Positions 49,493-58,378 of a stretch of 64,000 nt of DNA are shown in pieces. The notes beneath the pieces are model-generated. The model was not told the DNA's origin. It ran no database searches and saw only the letters and a list, made by a program, of their open reading frames with translations. The translations under genes and the position numbers were made by a program. The stretch is from contig CAVAUJ010000003.1 of NCBI GenBank assembly GCA_963591995.1, positions 6,302 through 70,301 on the forward strand, given 5' to 3'. Numbering within the stretch: position 1 is the first letter of the stretch; every line of letters starts with the position of its first letter. Origin of the DNA: Succinivibrio sp. (GTDB lineage: Bacteria; Bacillota; Clostridia; Lachnospirales; Lachnospiraceae).

Positions 49493-50605
49493 ATGAGTGC
49501 ATTGTTGAAATTTGCCATGTTCCTTTTTGCTGCGGTGGTCCTGCCGGTTCTGACAGGGCTGCTGCCGGCCAGTCTGCTTCCTGCGATCAAGCGCAAGCTT
49601 CCGCTGGTGGTGCTGTCCGGCTATCTTGCGACCTTTGTGCTCTTTGAAGCGATCGGAATCCCCATTCTGATCTGGACGCCGATGGGAGACTTCTCCCTTC
49701 TTGTGAGAGTATTCCTTGCGGTGGACGGACTGTGGATTCTGGCCGGGATTGTGGCTGTCCGGCGAAGAGGCGGGGTGCGGTTTCCCAAGGTCCGGGAATG
49801 GCGGAACGATCCGGACGCGGCCTTCTGGTGGCTGATCTTCCTGGTGCTGGTGGCGGTACAGCTCTACTGGGCCTATACCAGGGCGTCCTATGACGGAGAC
49901 GATGCCTATTATGTGGCGCAGTCCCTGCAGACCTGGCAGACGGGCACCATGTACTATTATGTGCCCTATACGGGGGTGACGACGTCGCTGGACGGGCGCC
50001 ATGCACTGGCCCTCATGCCCATGTGGATTGCTTTTGTCGCAAGACTGTGCGGCACCCATTCCACCATTGTGACGCACAGCATGCTGCCGCTGGTCCTGAT
50101 CCCGCTGGTGGATGTGACGTATTACCAGCTGTTCCGCGAGCTTTCCAGAGGGAAGAAAAGAGTGCAGAGGCGACAGTTCCTGCCGGCGGCCATGACCTGC
50201 CTTGCGGTGCTGCAGATCTTCGGGAACACTTCGATTTATACCGCGGAGACCTTTTTGCTGATGCGCACGTGGCAGGGGAAGGCCATGTTCGTAAACTTTA
50301 TTCTTCCGATGCTGTTCGTTCTGCTGTTTCGCAGGCTCCGTTTCGACGAGGATGAGAACCGATGGTATTGGCTGATGCTGGTCATGCTCACGGGAGGAGC
50401 CGGCTTTTTCACGTCGCTTGCACCGGCCATGGTATCGGGAGGACTGCTGCTGGGCACCGTTCTGATCCGGATTTTTAAAAAGAGAAAGGGACTTCTGCAA
50501 AGGACCGTGCTGTGCTGCATTCCGGCAGTTGTATATCTGGTGTTCCTGCTGCGGATGGTATATCCGTCGCTGGTGCCGTTTCTGAAAGGAGGTCGCCTGC
50601 CGTGA
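49493..50605 (+). CDS. DUF6077-like polytopic membrane protein (putative GT-C)
   Basis: YDGDDAYYV acidic loop, HSMLPLVLIPL, RTWQGKA; multiple TMs. Confidence 0.65.
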   Translation: MSALLKFAMFLFAAVVLPVLTGLLPASLLPAIKRKLPLVVLSGYLATFVLFEAIGIPILIWTPMGDFSLLVRVFLAVDGLWILAGIVAVRRRGGVRFPKVREWRNDPDAAFWWLIFLVLVAVQLYWAYTRASYDGDDAYYVAQSLQTWQTGTMYYYVPYTGVTTSLDGRHALALMPMWIAFVARLCGTHSTIVTHSMLPLVLIPLVDVTYYQLFRELSRGKKRVQRRQFLPAAMTCLAVLQIFGNTSIYTAETFLLMRTWQGKAMFVNFILPMLFVLLFRRLRFDEDENRWYWLMLVMLTGGAGFFTSLAPAMVSGGLLLGTVLIRIFKKRKGLLQRTVLCCIPAVVYLVFLLRMVYPSLVPFLKGGRLP

Positions 50606-51381
50606 GCGGAATCATGCAGACGGTCAATGAATTTGAAGGGGGCAAGCTGCTCTTCCTCCTCTATCTGCTGTGTCTGGGATATCTGACGGTAAAGGAACGG
50701 GACAGGAACCGGCGCATTCTTCTGTGCTATCTTCCGCTGATCTGTCTGATCCTGTTCTTTCTGCCGCCGGTGTATCGGCTGTACAGCAGAATCGACAGTG
50801 CCAGAACCTACTATCGTCTGCTGTGGCTGCTGCCGATGTCTGCGACGACGATCTATGCGGGGCTCAAGGCAATGGCCGGCAACATTCAGCTGGGAATGGT
50901 GGTGATGTGCGGCCTCTTTGTCCTCAGCGGAAACTGCGTTTACGAGAACGAGAACATCCTGAAGGCAGAAAACCGGCTGCACATTCCGCAGATGATTCTG
51001 GACATCTCCGATTACCTCATGAACGAGACCGGGGGAGAGGAAACGATGGTGGCGATGCCGGAGGGCCTGGTACAGTTCGTCCGGCAATACAATACGAAGA
51101 TTCTCATGCCCTACGGCAGAGATATGCAGATGGGGTCCTATTATAATGAAGTGTTCGATGCGCTGGAGCAGTCGGATCCGGTGGATGCGGGGAAGCTCTG
51201 TTCGGCGCTGGAGACCTACCATTGCGAGTATCTGGTTGTGGAGGCGGACAAGGTAATCGCCGGAAGTCTTACGGAGAACGGTCTGGAGCTGCTGGAGACC
51301 GTGGATGGCTACCGCATCTGGCATTGTCCCTATGCACAGGAATATCGGGACGAAATCGAGGTGTACAGGGCCGCGGACTGA
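50602..51381 (+). CDS. Membrane protein of unknown function, partner of the DUF6077-like gene
   Basis: GTG start after AAGGAGG, GTGA overlap with upstream stop; YYRLLWLLP, RQYNTKILMPYGR. Confidence 0.65.
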   Translation: MSGIMQTVNEFEGGKLLFLLYLLCLGYLTVKERDRNRRILLCYLPLICLILFFLPPVYRLYSRIDSARTYYRLLWLLPMSATTIYAGLKAMAGNIQLGMVVMCGLFVLSGNCVYENENILKAENRLHIPQMILDISDYLMNETGGEETMVAMPEGLVQFVRQYNTKILMPYGRDMQMGSYYNEVFDALEQSDPVDAGKLCSALETYHCEYLVVEADKVIAGSLTENGLELLETVDGYRIWHCPYAQEYRDEIEVYRAAD

Positions 51382-51420
51382 ATGCCCGTCGGAGGGCCTG
51401 CGGCAAAGAAGGTGCAATTC

Positions 51421-52332
51421 ATGGGATTTACCTGGGAAAAGAAAACCTATGCCGGAGAGGAAGGCATGGAGGTGACAGGCTATGAGGGAGGCCTTCGGGA
51501 TCTGGTGCTGCCGGATCGGCTGGAGGGGCTGCCGGTGCGAAGCGTCGGTGCGCATGCCTTTTCCGGAAGGAAGGAGCTGCGCAGCGTGCAGCTGGGGCGC
51601 AATCTGAAAACCCTGCGTCCGTTTGCCTTCTACAACTGCACCGGGCTGCGCAGCATAGAGCTGTACAATACGGCCGATGATTATTATGACGGCGTCATCC
51701 GGCAATGTCCGCTCCTTCGCGAAATCACCGTGCACATGACAGAGAAGGACAATTACATTGTCATCCGTTCCATGCTGCAGGATGTGGACGGCATGCTGAC
51801 CTTTCGGCTGCTGGATGAAGAGGACGGGCAAAGGCTCCGGCTGACCTTTCCGGAATATGTCAACGAAGCGAAGGAGGATACGATGGCACGGGCCATCCAT
51901 TTCTCCATCGAGGGTGCCGGCCTGGCATACCGGGAATGCGTGGGGAAGCATCGGCTGGATCTTGCCGGGTACGACCGGCTGTTGGAAAAGCTGACGGCTG
52001 ACGATGGGGCAGCAGCGATTGGGATTGCCCTCGGACGACTGATGTATCCGAAGGGATTGAGCGCGGCGGCAGAGAAAAGGTACGAAGCCTTCCTGCAGGA
52101 GAACGGCAGGAGAACGCTGGAGCTTCTCATCGAGGCGGATGCACAGGAGGGGAGCACCGCGCAGCTGCGGGTGCTGACGCAGCGCGGACTGCTGGATGCC
52201 GGGGCGTTGGAGCAGGGACTGACCCTGGCGGCACAAAAAGGCGCAACCGAGCTTTGCGGAATATTGATGGAATATCGGCGGACAAGGAAGACACCGTCCT
52301 GCGACGCAGCGGGACTGCGTCTGGAATGGTAA
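51421..52332 (+). CDS. BspA-type leucine-rich-repeat protein (no signal peptide)
   Basis: LPDRLEGLPVRSVGAHAF, AFYNCTGLRSIEL repeats followed by a helical C-terminus. Confidence 0.7.
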   Translation: MGFTWEKKTYAGEEGMEVTGYEGGLRDLVLPDRLEGLPVRSVGAHAFSGRKELRSVQLGRNLKTLRPFAFYNCTGLRSIELYNTADDYYDGVIRQCPLLREITVHMTEKDNYIVIRSMLQDVDGMLTFRLLDEEDGQRLRLTFPEYVNEAKEDTMARAIHFSIEGAGLAYRECVGKHRLDLAGYDRLLEKLTADDGAAAIGIALGRLMYPKGLSAAAEKRYEAFLQENGRRTLELLIEADAQEGSTAQLRVLTQRGLLDAGALEQGLTLAAQKGATELCGILMEYRRTRKTPSCDAAGLRLEW

Positions 52333-52363
52333 CCGGAATGGCACCTGAAATGGTAAGGAAAAG

Positions 52364-53695
52364 ATGAACGAGCATCGGGAGGAACTGGATCGGATCGGGA
52401 AAAGGATTCTGGAAGAGACCGGAACGGAGCTGTATCTGTCCATGCATTTTCTGGGACCTGCTCTGGGAACCCTTTCGCCGGTGATGGATCTGTCCACAAC
52501 CTCCGTGGGAACGGATGCAGCCTTTGTGCGTTTCAACCCGAAATGTCTCATGACGCACTACATCGAGGATCCCTTCTGGCTGCGCCGCGTCTATCTGCAC
52601 ATGCTGCTGCATTGCATGTTCCGGCACATGTTCGCGGCAAAGCAGCATGCGGACGGCGAGCTGTGGAATCTGTGCTGTGACATTGCGGTGGAATCCGTGG
52701 TGGATTCCATGGAGAATCCGTCCGTATGCCGGCCGGTCCGGGAGAAACGGAATGCATACTATGAAGAACTGCGAAGAACCGCGGGCGTGTTGAGCGCTCA
52801 GAGGCTGTACCATGCATTTACCGCGGGGGAACGCAATTACAGCAAGGAGGCAGCCATGGCAGAGGAGTTCGCCATGGACGACCACGGCTTCTGGGAGCGG
52901 ATGGAGGAGCCGCAGGAGAGGCCGCCGGAGCTGCCGCAGACGCAGCCGTCGCAGCTGCCCTTTGTTCCGACAAAGCGACTTACCGAGGAGGAGTGGCGGC
53001 AGCTGGCGAATAAGGTCCGGCTGGAGATCACCTTCGGGAAGGAGGCGGCGGCCAAAACCGGCGAGTTCGTGCGGTATCTGTCCTGGGACGGAAGCGGACG
53101 GACCGATTACCGTGAATTTCTCAAGCGCTTTATGATCACCAGGGAAGAGTCCGGCATAGATCTTGATTCCTTCGACTACGGCTTTTATCATCTTGGCATG
53201 GAGATGTACGGCAATATGCCGTTGATCGAGGAAAATGAATACCGGGAGGCGACAAAGGTGCAGCAGCTCATCATCGTGCTGGATACCTCGGCCTCCTGTC
53301 AGGAAACGCTGGTACAGAAATTCCTGAACGAAACGGCAGCCATGCTGCTGGGAAGCGATTCCTTCTATTTCCGCACAGACATCCATATTCTGGAATGCGA
53401 TGACAGAGTGCAGAATGACATTGCGATCCGATCGCTCTCGCAAATGCGGGAGTATGCCGGGAGCTTCTGCTTAAAGGGCGGCTTTGGGACGGATTTTCGC
53501 CCCGCCTTTGCCTATGTGGAGGAGCTGCGCAGGAATAAGATCATCGGAAAGCCGAAGGGCCTTCTGTATTTTACGGACGGAAAGGGAAGGTATCCCGCAA
53601 AGCCGACCGACTATGACACCGCATTTGTTTTCATCGCGGAAGAGGATCCGGACACCTCGGGGGTGCCGGGGTGGGCGATGAAGCTCTTTATCTGA
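52364..53695 (+). CDS. DUF2201-type metallopeptidase-like plus vWA domain protein
   Basis: LHMLLHCMFRH, WNLCCDIAVE, DDHGFW, MIDAS LDTSAS, GGFGTDFRPAF, YFTDG. Confidence 0.8.
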   Translation: MNEHREELDRIGKRILEETGTELYLSMHFLGPALGTLSPVMDLSTTSVGTDAAFVRFNPKCLMTHYIEDPFWLRRVYLHMLLHCMFRHMFAAKQHADGELWNLCCDIAVESVVDSMENPSVCRPVREKRNAYYEELRRTAGVLSAQRLYHAFTAGERNYSKEAAMAEEFAMDDHGFWERMEEPQERPPELPQTQPSQLPFVPTKRLTEEEWRQLANKVRLEITFGKEAAAKTGEFVRYLSWDGSGRTDYREFLKRFMITREESGIDLDSFDYGFYHLGMEMYGNMPLIEENEYREATKVQQLIIVLDTSASCQETLVQKFLNETAAMLLGSDSFYFRTDIHILECDDRVQNDIAIRSLSQMREYAGSFCLKGGFGTDFRPAFAYVEELRRNKIIGKPKGLLYFTDGKGRYPAKPTDYDTAFVFIAEEDPDTSGVPGWAMKLFI

Positions 53696-53729
53696 GAAAC
53701 GGATACATCAAAATGAAAAGGCAGAAGCA

Positions 53730-55976
53730 ATGACCAGAAAGAAGAACAGCAGAAAACAGCAGAAAAAGAGACGTAAGGCAGAGCAGGCGCGGCGTGCACG
53801 GCTGCAGGAGGAGAAGCGTTCTGCCGAAGGGCAGGACCTGCAGGAACAGGAGGAGGCTTCCGAGGAAGCTTCCGGTGAGGCAGATGAGGCTTCCGAGGAG
53901 GCTGCGGCAGGTCCTTCGGTGCAGGAAGAAGAGGCTGCGGCAGGGCCTTTTGTGCAGGAAGAAGAGCCGGTGACAAGGCCTTTGGCGCAGGAAGAGGAGT
54001 CGGCAGAACCGGCACCTTTGACAGAAAAGAATACGGATGAGCCGGACGAAGAGCCCCCTTCTGCGGAAGAGGATGCCCCTGCGGAAGAGGACGCCGGGCA
54101 GAGCGATTTCAGTAAGGAGGAGCTGGAAGAGGAGGAGATCGAGGAAAGGCACGCGGCGGGTAAGAAGGCGCGCAGAGCAGAAGATCGATCCGAAAGGCAT
54201 GCGGAGCGTGCGCCGGAAAATCCGGCCAAAGAGGAGCGGACGCAGGCAGAGAGCGGAAAAGGAGAGAAGGAACAGGAATCTCTGCCGGGAAAGGCCGTCC
54301 GCGGGATACTGTCTCTTTGGAGGACATTCTGCGGCTGGAAGCTCTGGGCCAGAGTCCTCGCAGCGGTGCTCGCAGTGGTGCTCGTCGTGGGCCTTGCGGG
54401 ATATGGATATTTCCACAGCAAATACAGCAAGCTGAACATCAGCGACGGCAAATTCTCCAGCTCGGAGATTTCCATGGAAAACGATGAGCAGGACGAGCTG
54501 GAAAACGAAGAGCTGCAGTCCAGGCAGGATGCCGGACAGCTGGAGGAGCAGGAGGCGGTGGAGGCCACCGGCGAAATCTGGTCAGACAGCAATGTGTTCA
54601 ACATCCTTCTCATCGGAACCGATGATCGGACGAAGGAATTCAGCGACAATGCCCGAGGAGATACCTGCATGCTCCTCTCCCTCAACCGGGAAACGAACCA
54701 GCTGCACCTGATCAGCTTCGAGCGGGCCATCGGCGTGAAAATTCCGAGCGGCGATTACGAGGGACAGTGGGACTGGCTCACGCACATGTTCTGGTACGGC
54801 GGTCCCTACATGATGACGCAGGTGATCCGCGAGAATTTCAAGGTGGATGTGACCAAGTATATCCGCGTCAACATCCGAACCTTCATGCAGCTGGTGGACT
54901 CCGTGGGCGGTGTGGACATTGAACTGACCGAGGCGGAGTGCAACAACATCAACCATCCGGAGGGCACCTACACGGCGGGCCACATTAAGGGTCTGCACGT
55001 AGAGGACACGGTGCAGCAGGATCTGGTGCCGGGGGTCAACCATCTGAACGGTGCGACGGCGATGTGCTATGCAAGGCTTCGCGCCATCGATGATGACTGG
55101 CACCGCGTGGAACGCCAGCGGAAGGTTATTCTGGCGGCGATGCAGAATCTCAAAAAGCTCAGCATTACGGATCTGGACGCATTGCTGAACGATGTGCTCC
55201 CGCTGGTGCAGACAAACCTTACGCAGATGGATATTGCCGGTCTGATTCCGGAGGCGGAAACCTTTCTGAACATGGATTGTGATACCATCACGTTCCCGCT
55301 CTCGAACACCTACGGCCTCATGGACGGGATGTGCGGCAGACGTGTGCTGGCGCTGGATTTTGAGACCAATGCGCAGGAGCTGCAGTGCTTCCTCAATGGA
55401 GAGACCACGGCGCAGGAGCTGGAGGAGAAATATGAAAAATCCAATCTGGGGGATTATTCCTACCGGAATTCCGACTCCTATCAGCAGAATTATCAGGATG
55501 CGGAGTCAGCGGTCGGAAGGAGCACCTACACCCAGGTGACGGGCAAATCGAAGCCGTCGCTGGTAGGAGAAGGAACCGCAGCGCAGACAGGGAGCGGTAC
55601 TACCGGAACAACGGGCGGTGCAGCTGCCGGGGAAACGGCGGCAGAGACCGCAGACGCAGAGACGCAGGCCGCGGCTTCGTCTCTCGGGGAAGTGGAGTCG
55701 ACCTCGGTGGATCCGAATACCGGTGTCGTGACCATTATCTATTACAATGCGGCCACCGGCGTGCGGACTGCCGTGGCATCCAATACGGCAAACGGAGCTA
55801 CGACGGTGACCACCAACGATACGAACAGCGGTGCAACGTCGACGACCTATGCAGAGGGAACGGCCGCAGGGACGGCAGAGGCTGCGGCTACGACAGGGAC
55901 AGAGAATGCCGCAGCGGCCGGCACGGTCCCGGAGGCTGCGCAGACAGAGGAAAATACATCGATACAGACACCCTGA
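53730..55976 (+). CDS. LCP (LytR-CpsA-Psr) glycopolymer transferase with long acidic N-terminus and Thr/Ala-rich tail
   Basis: NILLIGTD, RGDT, ISFER, LVDSVGGVD, LNGATAMCYARLR, DWHRVERQR, VQTNL. Confidence 0.88.
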   Translation: MTRKKNSRKQQKKRRKAEQARRARLQEEKRSAEGQDLQEQEEASEEASGEADEASEEAAAGPSVQEEEAAAGPFVQEEEPVTRPLAQEEESAEPAPLTEKNTDEPDEEPPSAEEDAPAEEDAGQSDFSKEELEEEEIEERHAAGKKARRAEDRSERHAERAPENPAKEERTQAESGKGEKEQESLPGKAVRGILSLWRTFCGWKLWARVLAAVLAVVLVVGLAGYGYFHSKYSKLNISDGKFSSSEISMENDEQDELENEELQSRQDAGQLEEQEAVEATGEIWSDSNVFNILLIGTDDRTKEFSDNARGDTCMLLSLNRETNQLHLISFERAIGVKIPSGDYEGQWDWLTHMFWYGGPYMMTQVIRENFKVDVTKYIRVNIRTFMQLVDSVGGVDIELTEAECNNINHPEGTYTAGHIKGLHVEDTVQQDLVPGVNHLNGATAMCYARLRAIDDDWHRVERQRKVILAAMQNLKKLSITDLDALLNDVLPLVQTNLTQMDIAGLIPEAETFLNMDCDTITFPLSNTYGLMDGMCGRRVLALDFETNAQELQCFLNGETTAQELEEKYEKSNLGDYSYRNSDSYQQNYQDAESAVGRSTYTQVTGKSKPSLVGEGTAAQTGSGTTGTTGGAAAGETAAETADAETQAAASSLGEVESTSVDPNTGVVTIIYYNAATGVRTAVASNTANGATTVTTNDTNSGATSTTYAEGTAAGTAEAAATTGTENAAAAGTVPEAAQTEENTSIQTP
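53898..53996 (+). repeat. In-frame 33-bp tandem repeat x3 (EAAAGPSVQEE-like) in the LCP N-terminus
   Basis: Units start at 53898, 53931 and 53964. Confidence 0.8.
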
Positions 55977-55989
55977 GCGGTGTCTTCCG

Positions 55990-56033
55990 GGGAGCACGGA
56001 GGCTTGGAAACCCAAGCCTCCGTGCTCCCTTTT
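55990..56033 (+). terminator. Intrinsic terminator after the LCP gene (convergent with TetR gene)
   Basis: Perfect 18-bp stem GGGAGCACGGAGGCTTGG / CCAAGCCTCCGTGCTCCC, 4-nt loop, then TTTT. Confidence 0.85.
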
Positions 56034-56625
56034 ACGGTTCGGTCTGCCATCGCAGCTGTGCACCCCGGATATGGTCCCGGAGCATCTGATCGATGAAGGC
56101 CGCCAGCTGCTCCGGCGTGCGGCGAATCTCTCCGAGCAGCCAGCTTTCCAGCAAGCCGGCAATGGTGATCACATACAGGTGCGTCATCAAGGCAACATCC
56201 TCCGCCGATACGCCGGGGACCGCGCCGATCTCCTGGCCGATCTCTTCGACGGCTCTTTGGACAATGACATGGATATCCGCCTCGAAAAAGCGCTTCAGAT
56301 GTTCGCGTCCGATGGATTTGAGGGAATTGAGACAAACGGCCCGGTTCTCCTCAATATAACGGAAAAGCTGCAGCAGATCCTCCTGCCAGAGGAGCATCCC
56401 CCGGTGCTGTTGCAGCAGGGATACGGCCTCCTGCTGGAACATCCATTGCAGGAGGTCGTAAACATTTTCAAAATGGTAATAAAAGCTTTGCCGTCGGATC
56501 CCGCATCGCTCCGTCAAATCACGGATGGAAATCCGGTCAATGGGCTTTTGGGTCATTATCTCCTTGAGTGCATCCGCCAGTGCATATTTGGTCCGGTCGG
56601 AGGCTGCATTCGTCGATCGTTCCAT
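56032..56625 (-). CDS. TetR/AcrR family regulator (DhaS-like)
   Basis: TKYALADALKEIM..ISIRDLTERCGIRRQSFYYHFENVYDLL; GGGAGAG RBS before ATG 56625. Confidence 0.88.
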   Translation of the reverse strand: MERSTNAASDRTKYALADALKEIMTQKPIDRISIRDLTERCGIRRQSFYYHFENVYDLLQWMFQQEAVSLLQQHRGMLLWQEDLLQLFRYIEENRAVCLNSLKSIGREHLKRFFEADIHVIVQRAVEEIGQEIGAVPGVSAEDVALMTHLYVITIAGLLESWLLGEIRRTPEQLAAFIDQMLRDHIRGAQLRWQTEP

Positions 56626-56897
56626 AAAAACTCTCCCGCTTCGCTTCGGTACATGTCTGCGCCGGACAATTCCGCCCGGAATTTCCCAAAGTATACCACG
56701 CAATCTCCGGATGTTTTCGCCCGGTGTTCTGACAAATGGCATGGGTTTGACCGTTGCCCGCTCTTGGATAGGGGCGTTAAATTCTCCTCGTGCAGCCGCA
56801 GACGGCAGCACGCGAGCATTCATCGGAGAATTCGCCCGCGCGAAATTCTCCCTGTATCGCCGCAGAAAGGCTGCGGCTTAGACTTAGAAAGGAATGT

Positions 56898-57860
56898 ATG
56901 CGGTTTCAGAACAAGATCGATTTTCAGGCGCATTATCTTCCGAAAGCCTATTATGACTTTCTGGAGGAGGAGGGACTGTACTGCCCGGACGGATTTCCGA
57001 CACCGGAGTGGGACGAGGAGTTTCAGCAGGAGGCGATGCGGGAGCTGGGCATCTCGTACGCCTTACTGTCCGTTTCTTCGCCGGGGGTATACACCGGCAA
57101 CAAATTCCGCAGCCGCGAGCTGGCACGAAGAATCAACGAAGAGGGTGCGGAAATTGTTGCCCGTTCGCAGGGGAGGCTGGGCTTTCTCGCCACACTCCCC
57201 CTGCCGCATGTGCACAGCAGCATTTTCGAGGTGCGGCATTGCCTTGATGAGCTTCACGCGGCCGGTGTGGGGCTGATGACGAATTACGGCGGTGTGTATC
57301 TGGGCGATCACCGTCTGGATGAGCTGATGGAGGAATTGAACGGTCGCGGTGCATTGGCGGTGATGCATCCGACACAGCCCGCCGTTATGCAGCCGAATGT
57401 GAACGAAGAAATTCCGGTGCCGGCCTTTGAATATTTTGTGGAAACCACCCGCACCTTCATCAACATGGTACAGAATGACACCTTTACCCGATATCCGGAC
57501 ATCCGCTGGGTTATCCCTCACGGCGGCGCATTCCTGTCCGTTCTGGCGGATCGTTTCGAAAGCTTTGCATTGATGCTGCGGTTTGCGGATCCGGACAGAC
57601 GGGCGGACATCATGGAGGATATGGCCCATGTCTACTATGACATGGCGGGCTTTTCGGAGCAAAAGCAGCTGGAAATGCTGTTGCGGAATGTGGATGCAGA
57701 TCATCTGCTCTACGGCTCCGACACGCCGTACACGGATCTTTCGGCCTGCATCGGCCAGGCAGAGGCGCTGGAAAATACGGAAAAGATTACGGAGCAGCAG
57801 AAGCAGATGCTCTTTACCGACAATGCACTTGCGCTGCTGAACAGACAAAATATCGCATAA
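56898..57860 (+). CDS. Amidohydrolase_2 family protein (ACMSD / aromatic-acid decarboxylase-like)
   Basis: LSVSSPG, LARRINE, MHPT, IPHGGAFL, YYDMAG, LYGSDTPY. Confidence 0.82.
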   Translation: MRFQNKIDFQAHYLPKAYYDFLEEEGLYCPDGFPTPEWDEEFQQEAMRELGISYALLSVSSPGVYTGNKFRSRELARRINEEGAEIVARSQGRLGFLATLPLPHVHSSIFEVRHCLDELHAAGVGLMTNYGGVYLGDHRLDELMEELNGRGALAVMHPTQPAVMQPNVNEEIPVPAFEYFVETTRTFINMVQNDTFTRYPDIRWVIPHGGAFLSVLADRFESFALMLRFADPDRRADIMEDMAHVYYDMAGFSEQKQLEMLLRNVDADHLLYGSDTPYTDLSACIGQAEALENTEKITEQQKQMLFTDNALALLNRQNIA

Positions 57861-57905
57861 GAGGCCGGCACATCGTCTGTGCTGCCTGCGGAAGGGAAAT
57901 TAACA

Positions 57906-58223
57906 ATGAAAGAAAGCAATCACGAACAGTATGATCTTGAGCTCAAGTCCCCCATGGGATGGATCAAAGTCAAGGGGGATCTTTTCATGGATACAGAAAC
58001 GGAATTTCACGGCGAAGCCACACTGATGGGCCTTACGGTTCCGCTGACAGACTGCAGCAGAAACGGTTCGGTCTATCAGTTCAAGGCGTCTCCGCGGCTT
58101 CCCTTCGGGGTGCTGGAGGTTACGATTCTGGCCGTAATCCACGAGGACGGCACCGTCACCGGCACCGCCAATGCACCGCACCACCGCCCGATGGAGATTA
58201 AGGGACAGCGTGTAGGAGAGTAG
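57906..58223 (+). CDS. Small hypothetical protein
   Basis: 105-aa ORF with AAGGGA RBS, followed by a terminator; predicted beta-rich. Confidence 0.6.
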   Translation: MKESNHEQYDLELKSPMGWIKVKGDLFMDTETEFHGEATLMGLTVPLTDCSRNGSVYQFKASPRLPFGVLEVTILAVIHEDGTVTGTANAPHHRPMEIKGQRVGE

Positions 58224-58230
58224 CCGGTTG

Positions 58231-58269
58231 CGAGGTTTTCTTCGGAAAACCTCGATTTATTTATTTTTT
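58231..58269 (+). terminator. Intrinsic terminator
   Basis: 10-bp stem CGAGGTTTTC / GAAAACCTCG with C(TTCG)G tetraloop, then a T-rich tract. Confidence 0.85.
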
Positions 58270-58271
58270 AC

Positions 58272-58324
58272 TTGAATCTTTTTGATGACATGCTATCCTA
58301 TATCACGTTATGACCAAAGGTCAT
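58272..58324 (+). promoter_or_regulatory. Promoter and palindromic operator upstream of the MMPL gene
   Basis: TTGAAT (58272-77), 16 bp, TGc-TATCCT (58294-99); ATGACC-AAA-GGTCAT at 58310-58324. Confidence 0.6.
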
Positions 58325-58378
58325 TTTTAAATCTTTTATGGGTGTAATGCTTTTTCTGTATTAGAAGGACGACGGGCA

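Noticed and set aside
49493..51381. Frameshifted pseudogene (one split membrane protein)
   Set aside because: The second ORF has a strong AAGGAGG RBS and a GTGA start/stop overlap, typical of translational coupling
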